Positions 57,390-64,000 of a DNA stretch of 64,000 nucleotides are shown piece after piece. The translations under genes were made by a program, and so were the position numbers. This stretch comes from Thermodesulfovibrionales bacterium (GTDB lineage: Bacteria > Nitrospirota > Thermodesulfovibrionia > Thermodesulfovibrionales > JdFR-86), in the NCBI GenBank assembly GCA_030682405.1, contig JAUXOF010000015.1:697-64696 (forward strand), read 5' to 3'. Positions within the stretch are counted from its first letter, which is position 1. Every line of letters begins with the position of its first letter. The notes beneath the pieces are model-generated. The model saw only the letters and a program-made list of their open reading frames with translations. It was not told where the DNA came from and searched no databases.

Positions 57390-57800
57390 TTATTTCAGCT
57401 GCCTTTTCTCCGCAACCTGCATTCTGATGAGGGCGCGTTGAAGCGCAGCCTCCGCCCTCGTGAAATCCACATCTCCCTCTTTTCTAAGCCTTTCTTCGGC
57501 GCGCTGCTTTGCAGCCTGCGCCCTCTCCACGTCTATGTGAGTGGAAACCTCCGCGCTGTCCGCAATGACCATAATCTTCTCGTGGTCAACCTCGGCATAG
57601 CCCCAGTTGACGAAGAAATACGTCAGGCCCGCGCCTTTTTTGGCCGCGAGCATGCCTATCTTGAGTGTCGTTATGAAAGGCGCATGCCCAGGCAGGATGC
57701 CGAATTCGCCTTCCGAGCCTGTAGCCGTCACCTCATCAACGTCCTCGCTGTAGACGAGGCCGTAAGGTGTAACTATGTCCAGCCTTATTTTGTTCTCCAT
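57390..57800 (-). CDS. atpC: F1 ATP synthase epsilon subunit
   Basis: 136 aa. Starts LDIVTPYG... and carries GILPGHAP. Confidence 0.93.
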   Translation of the reverse strand: MENKIRLDIVTPYGLVYSEDVDEVTATGSEGEFGILPGHAPFITTLKIGMLAAKKGAGLTYFFVNWGYAEVDHEKIMVIADSAEVSTHIDVERAQAAKQRAEERLRKEGDVDFTRAEAALQRALIRMQVAEKRQLK

Positions 57801-57812
57801 CTGCCTACCCTT

Positions 57813-59258
<1,446 letters not shown>

Positions 59259-59277
59259 TTATGATAGCCCGAAATCT

Positions 59278-60144
59278 CTACTTAAGCGCCTCGACGCCGC
59301 CTACGATGTCCATCAGCTCCTTGGTTATTGTCGCCTGACGCGCCTTGTTGTACTGGAGCGTGAGCCTGTCTATCATCTCGTTTGCGTTCTTCGTGGCGTT
59401 CTCCATGGCGGTCATCCTTGCCGCCTCCTCGGACGCCTGAGACTCAAGGAGGCCGCGGAAGACCTGAACCTCTACATTCTTAGGCAGCAACCTGTTGAAT
59501 ATCTCCTGCTCCGAAGGCTCATATATGTAATCCACAACCGTGGCAGCGGCCCCGGCCACATCTATCGGCGCAAGCGGCAGGAGCTTCATAACCGTGACCT
59601 GCTGCGACATTACGTTCTTGAACTCGTTATATACTATGTGCAGTTCGTCGAAGGTCTCGTTTATATAGTTCTCCATCATGTCCGCGGCTATCTCCTGAGC
59701 CGCAGGATAGCTTATATTGCCGGAAAGCCCGGCCCATTTCCTCCTCACCGGGACGTTCCTTCTTTTGAAGTAATCGTTCGCCTTCCTGCCCACGATGCTT
59801 ATGGACACCTCAAATCCCCCGCTGCGGAGGCCGGCTATTGTAATGGCCGCAGCCTTTAGGATGTTGGTGTTGAATGCGCCGCAGAGCCCCCTGTCGCTGG
59901 TCATGACAAGTACCTCGACCATCCTCCTCGGCCTGACGGTCAGAAGGGGATGCAGTTCCATATCCCCGCCGGCTGCAAGCCCAGAGATGACGGAACGCAT
60001 TTTGTCGGCGTAGGGCCTCATCTCAAGCATCCTTGACTGCGCCTTTCTTAGTTTGGAGGCAGCGACCATCTTCATGGCCTTTGTAATCTGCCGCGTGCTC
60101 TTAACCGCCTTGATGCTTCTTCTTATGTCGCTTAAGGTTGCCAT
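59278..60144 (-). CDS. atpG: F1 ATP synthase gamma subunit
   Basis: 288 aa. Motifs IKAVKSTRQITKAMKMVAASKL and a C-terminal ITKELMDIVGG. Confidence 0.95.
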   Translation of the reverse strand: MATLSDIRRSIKAVKSTRQITKAMKMVAASKLRKAQSRMLEMRPYADKMRSVISGLAAGGDMELHPLLTVRPRRMVEVLVMTSDRGLCGAFNTNILKAAAITIAGLRSGGFEVSISIVGRKANDYFKRRNVPVRRKWAGLSGNISYPAAQEIAADMMENYINETFDELHIVYNEFKNVMSQQVTVMKLLPLAPIDVAGAAATVVDYIYEPSEQEIFNRLLPKNVEVQVFRGLLESQASEEAARMTAMENATKNANEMIDRLTLQYNKARQATITKELMDIVGGVEALK

Positions 60145-60166
60145 ATTATCCTGTCTTTATTTTATG

Positions 60167-61684
60167 TTACGACTGGAAACCCTTTTTGAACTCCTCAATC
60201 GCGGAGGAGAGTTTCGCCTTGAGGTCTTCGTCTATAGCCTTTTTCTCCCTGAGTTCCTTTTTCATGTCCGCCTTCCTGTCATTTACGAACCTCAGGAACT
60301 CCTTCTCAAACTTCCATATGGACTCAACCGGCAGGTCGTCGAGATAGCCGTTTGCGCCTGCAAAGAGAACCATTATCTGGTCCTCTGCCGCAAGGGGCAC
60401 ATACTGGTCCTGCTTCAGAAGCTCGACCATCCTCTTGCCCCTTTCTATCTGGGCCAGCGTTGACTTGTCGAGGTCCGAGCCGAACTGCGCAAATGCGGCA
60501 AGCTCGCGGAACTGCGCAAGGTCAAGCCTGAGGGTTCCGGCCACCTGCTTCATGGCCTTTGTCTGGGCTGCGCCGCCCACTCGGCTGACCGAAAGCCCGA
60601 CGTTGACCGCAGGCCTGATGCCCGCATAGAAAAGCTCCGGCTCAAGGTATATTTGGCCGTCGGTGATGGAGATGACGTTTGTGGGAATATAACCGGAGAC
60701 GTCACCTGCCTGTGTCTCTATAATCGGAAGAGCGGTAAGAGAGCCTCCGCCTTTTTCGTCTGAGAGCTTGGCCGCCCTCTCAAGAAGCCTTGAGTGGAGG
60801 TAGAAGACATCGCCGGGAAAGGCCTCGCGTCCCGGGGGACGCCTCAGAAGCAGCGAAAGCTGCCTGTATGCCGTGGCCTGTTTGCTGAGGTCATCGTAAA
60901 CTATGAGTGCGTGCCTGCCGCTGTCCCTGAAATACTCCCCGATGGCGCATCCCGTGTATGCCGCTATGTACTGAAGGGGCGCAGGCTCGCTTGCGCTGGA
61001 GCAGACTATAATCGTATGCTCCATGGCGCCATGCTCCTCAAGAAGCTTCTGCACCCTTGCTACGTTTGAGCGTTTCTGTCCGATTGCAACGTATATGCAG
61101 ATGACATCCCCGCCCTTTTGGTTGATAATGGCGTCTATGGCTATGGCGGTCTTTCCGGTCTGCCTGTCGCCGATTATAAGCTCCCTCTGTCCCCTGCCTA
61201 CGGGTATCATGGCGTCTATGGCCTTAATCCCTGTCTGGAGGGGTTCCTTGACGGGCTGCCTGTCAATTATGCCGGGGGCAACGACATCGACGATTCTCGT
61301 CTCTTTTGTATTAATCGGCCCCTTGCCGTCTATGGGCTGCCCGATGGCGTTGACAACCCTTCCGATAACCGCATCGCCGACAGGCACTTCCATAATCCTG
61401 CCTGTGCGCTTTACGACATCGCCTTCTTTTATGAGGGAGTCCTCGCCGAATAGAACCGCGCCGACCGCATCTTCTTCAAGGTTAAGGGCCATGCCGTAAA
61501 CGCCGTTCGGGAACTCAAGGAGCTCCGAGGACATGCATTTCTCTAAGCCGTAGACCTTTGATATTCCGTCTCCGACCGAGATGACCGTGCCTATCTCGCT
61601 GACATCGACCCGTTTTTCAAAGTCGGTAATCTGTTTCTTTAAAAGTGCGCTTATCTCCTCTACCTTAATCTCCATCGTTGTCAC
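60167..61684 (-). CDS. atpA: F1 ATP synthase alpha subunit
   Basis: P-loop GDRQTGKT and the alpha-typical motif [21 protein letters not shown]. Confidence 0.97.
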   Translation of the reverse strand: MTTMEIKVEEISALLKKQITDFEKRVDVSEIGTVISVGDGISKVYGLEKCMSSELLEFPNGVYGMALNLEEDAVGAVLFGEDSLIKEGDVVKRTGRIMEVPVGDAVIGRVVNAIGQPIDGKGPINTKETRIVDVVAPGIIDRQPVKEPLQTGIKAIDAMIPVGRGQRELIIGDRQTGKTAIAIDAIINQKGGDVICIYVAIGQKRSNVARVQKLLEEHGAMEHTIIVCSSASEPAPLQYIAAYTGCAIGEYFRDSGRHALIVYDDLSKQATAYRQLSLLLRRPPGREAFPGDVFYLHSRLLERAAKLSDEKGGGSLTALPIIETQAGDVSGYIPTNVISITDGQIYLEPELFYAGIRPAVNVGLSVSRVGGAAQTKAMKQVAGTLRLDLAQFRELAAFAQFGSDLDKSTLAQIERGKRMVELLKQDQYVPLAAEDQIMVLFAGANGYLDDLPVESIWKFEKEFLRFVNDRKADMKKELREKKAIDEDLKAKLSSAIEEFKKGFQS

Positions 61685-62220
61685 CCCTTCACAAGCTCAT
61701 CTTTTAAAAGCCTTAACTGGCCCTTAATACTCCCGTCATACATCGTGCTTCCCACCTTTATAAGCATCCCTCCAAGAAGAGACGGGTCTGTCACGTACTC
61801 TATCTCGACATCCCTGCCTGTAAGGTTCTTAAGGGAGGCCTTGAGCCTTCCTTCATATTGCCCGCCCACGGCCGTTGAGGTGATGACCTGCGCCTTGGCC
61901 ATCTTTTTTCTTTCAAGGTAGATGGCGACGGCGTGATTTATTATCTCGCGGAAGGCGGTCATGGCCCCGAGTTCCGTCAGGTGGGAGACGAACCTCACCG
62001 TGTTTTCGGAAAACCCGAGCCTCGCCCCCATCTCCTTGAGCACTGCCTTGCGCTCCCCGGCCGTAAACTGCGGGCCGGTAAGCAGGCTCGTAAGCTCCCT
62101 GCTTTCCGCCATAAGGGCATTGAGTGTGTTCAGTTCCGAAAGCGCCTTGGGTGCGGCATCCATCCCCGCCGTCTCAATCAGGGTCTTTGCATACCTCTTG
62201 GCCTGCTTGTTCTTTTTCAA
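61681..62220 (-). CDS. atpH: F1 ATP synthase delta (OSCP) subunit
   Basis: 179 aa. OSCP pattern with a C-terminal [20 protein letters not shown]. Confidence 0.9.
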   Translation of the reverse strand: MKKNKQAKRYAKTLIETAGMDAAPKALSELNTLNALMAESRELTSLLTGPQFTAGERKAVLKEMGARLGFSENTVRFVSHLTELGAMTAFREIINHAVAIYLERKKMAKAQVITSTAVGGQYEGRLKASLKNLTGRDVEIEYVTDPSLLGGMLIKVGSTMYDGSIKGQLRLLKDELVKG

Positions 62221-62795
62221 CCCTTGCCCTCCAGCTTGACAAGCGATTCCTCAAGAAGCCTTTTTTGCTCCTCGGGCGTCAATTTCTCCCTGAGCTTCTT
62301 CTCCGCAAGCCCCATCGCAAGCTCCACAGCCTCGGCCTTAATGGCCTCCTTTGCCCGCTTGAGCTCAAAGTCTATGCTGGCCTTGGACTGCTCTATTATC
62401 TTTTTGCTGAGCCTCTCGCCCTCCACGGCAAGCGCATCGCGCTCCTTCTCTCCGGAGAGCCTTGAAGAGGAGATTATCTCCTCCATCTCCCTGTCCTTGT
62501 TCTTTAGTTTCTTCTCTACTTCCCTCAGCGCCTGCTCTGCAAGCTCCCTTGCCTGCCGGGCCTCATCGAGGGTCTTCTGTATGGTTTCGGTCCTTTTCCT
62601 GAAATAGTCCCTTGCGGCAGGCCCAATAAACTTAACGAGTATGAATACGAGTATTCCGAAATTAACGACCTTCCAGACCCATTCCATCACATTGGAGCCT
62701 CCCTCTGCGCCTTCGCTTGCAACGGCAAGGCCGCAAAAGAAAAGCCCCGAAACCAAGACCAGAAATACCGACATCTTCTTTATCCCTGAGGTCAT
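62217..62795 (-). CDS. atpF: Fo ATP synthase subunit b
   Basis: A single N-terminal TM segment followed by a long charged coiled coil. Its position in the operon supports the call. Confidence 0.85.
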   Translation of the reverse strand: MTSGIKKMSVFLVLVSGLFFCGLAVASEGAEGGSNVMEWVWKVVNFGILVFILVKFIGPAARDYFRKRTETIQKTLDEARQARELAEQALREVEKKLKNKDREMEEIISSSRLSGEKERDALAVEGERLSKKIIEQSKASIDFELKRAKEAIKAEAVELAMGLAEKKLREKLTPEEQKRLLEESLVKLEGKG

Positions 62796-63214
62796 ACCTT
62801 TACCATCTTGTTCACGATTTCGTCGGAGAATTTTTCCACATCCGCCCTCAGCGCCTGCCTTGCCCGCTCCGCCTCCTGCCTGAGAGCGGCCTTGGCCTCT
62901 TCCATAAGCCTTGACGCATCGGCCCCTGCCTGAGAAACCGTCTCCTTCTGCTTTAAAAGCCCCTCAGCCCTGAGGTCTTCGAACGCCGCCCTTGCCTTGA
63001 GTCCGGCATCCGAAAGCCCTTTCCTCATATCTTCCATGGCGGAATCCTTCTTTGCAGTCATATCCTTGGCAGCATCGAGGGAGCCCTTCACAGTGCCTTC
63101 CCTTTCCTTAAACAGCTTGATGAGAGGTTTAAAAAGAATAAGATTGAGCACAAACAGCAGTACCAGAAAATTAACCAAAAGGACGAGAAACCAGCCGGGC
63201 TGAAGCTCTAACAT
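62792..63214 (-). CDS. Fo ATP synthase subunit b'
   Basis: 140 aa, with a TM segment then a coiled coil. It is a second b-type gene directly upstream of atpF. Confidence 0.8.
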   Translation of the reverse strand: MLELQPGWFLVLLVNFLVLLFVLNLILFKPLIKLFKEREGTVKGSLDAAKDMTAKKDSAMEDMRKGLSDAGLKARAAFEDLRAEGLLKQKETVSQAGADASRLMEEAKAALRQEAERARQALRADVEKFSDEIVNKMVKV

Positions 63215-63262
63215 CGTTTCACCTTTCTTATGGTTAGTAGGAAATGAAACAAGCAGAAGGAG

Positions 63263-63290
63263 ATTATCATAAGGACAAAAATCTTGTCAA
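63263..63290 (-). promoter_or_regulatory. Sigma70 promoter of the atpF'FHAGDC operon
   Basis: The minus strand reads TTGACA (63290-63285), a 16-nt spacer, then GATAAT (63268-63263). An AAGGTG RBS precedes the ATG at 63214. Confidence 0.6.
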
Positions 63291-63472
63291 GGTTCTGCCC
63301 CATCAAAAATACTGATAGGGTTATAAGAGGGGTTGCGGCTGACCGGGCAAAAGACTACGGCGCGCCTCACGCCTCATTAAGCCTTTTAAAAGCCTTTTAA
63401 GCTTTTTTGGGGCGGCACGGGCATGACAAGAGAAGTTCCGGTATGGCAGAATAAGGGGTGCGCTTTTTCAGC

Positions 63473-64000
63473 ATGCAAGATATCTTGAAGCTGCCGCGGA
63501 AAAACCCGGCCCTGTGCTTTTGGGCGGCGCTGATACTGCTGACGCTTCTTCCCTGCCGGGCCTATTCCGGCAAGCCTTCAACAACGCCCATCCTGCGCAT
63601 CGAGACCGGGATGCACACCGCTGCAATAAACAGAATCGGCACGGACGATGAAAACCGGTACCTTGTCACAGGCTCCTTTGACAAGACCGTCAGGGTGTGG
63701 GAACTTTCCTCTGGCAGCCTCATAAAAACCCTGCGGCCGCCTATAGGAGAAGGTGACGAAGGAAAGATATATGCGGTTGCAATCTCATCGGACGGCGGCA
63801 CGGTCGTTGCCGGCGGATGGACGGGGTATGAATGGGACGACCACGACTCCATATATATCTTCGACAGGGCAAGCGGCAGGCTCAAGAAACGGATAAAGGA
63901 ACTGCCGAGCGTCATTTTTCACCTTGTATACTCCAGAGACGGCAGATTCCTTGTCGCGGCGCTTGGAAGGGACAACGGCATCCGCATCTACAGCACATCG
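63473..64000 (+). CDS. Secreted WD40-repeat protein, 3' end beyond window
   Basis: The frame is open from the ATG at 63473 to the window end (176 codons). Signal-like N-terminus and WD repeats (LVTGSFDKTVRVWEL, AISSDGGTVVAGG). It is absent from the ORF track because no stop falls within the window. Confidence 0.7.
   Translation, partial: MQDILKLPRKNPALCFWAALILLTLLPCRAYSGKPSTTPILRIETGMHTAAINRIGTDDENRYLVTGSFDKTVRVWELSSGSLIKTLRPPIGEGDEGKIYAVAISSDGGTVVAGGWTGYEWDDHDSIYIFDRASGRLKKRIKELPSVIFHLVYSRDGRFLVAALGRDNGIRIYSTS

Noticed and set aside
63400-63470. Sigma54-like element (cGGCACGggcaTGACa and tGGCAGaataaggGGTGC) upstream of the WD40 gene
   Set aside because: The first lacks the -12 TTGC core and the second has the wrong GG-to-GC spacing. 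No enhancer-binding protein gene is nearby.

Overview
This is a 64-kb, densely packed chromosomal segment from a moderately GC-rich bacterium with an anaerobe-type gene set (Rnf complex, F-type ATPase with b/b' stalk, full Pho regulon). I cannot assign a taxon from the sequence alone. About 60 genes are present and nearly all are core housekeeping. In window order they are ruvC-ruvA-ruvB, gmhA, miaA, radC, tRNA-Val/tRNA-Asp, speE with an ornithine-type decarboxylase, pilD, recG, rimP-nusA, trmJ-like, ychF, purL, purB, phoBR-pstSCAB-phoU, glgB, lysA-dapF-dapA, ogt, rnfCDGEAB and atpF'FHAGDC. The only clear foreign insertion is an AT-rich two-gene cassette at 47861-49745, wedged between dapF and dapA. 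It encodes an SPPY methyltransferase and a 162-aa PvuII-like PD-(D/E)xK protein whose catalytic Lys position is Arg. This is the best candidate for an accessory or defence module, but it most likely belongs to the known Type II restriction-modification class. I found no convincing wholly new multi-gene system. Other items worth a second look: (1) a PilZ-DUF4388-J-domain-TPR fusion; (2) a 126-aa protein made of four 24-residue MshEN-type motifs with exact 5-residue spacers, probably on a leaderless mRNA; (3) an RnfE with only one Cys; (4) a MerR regulator with a duplicated PCWE Cys-rich tail; (5) a weak leader terminator ahead of rimP-nusA; (6) a roughly 1-kb gene-free region at 9612-10605 full of hairpin repeats. 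All protein calls rest on motif recognition by eye. No database search was run.
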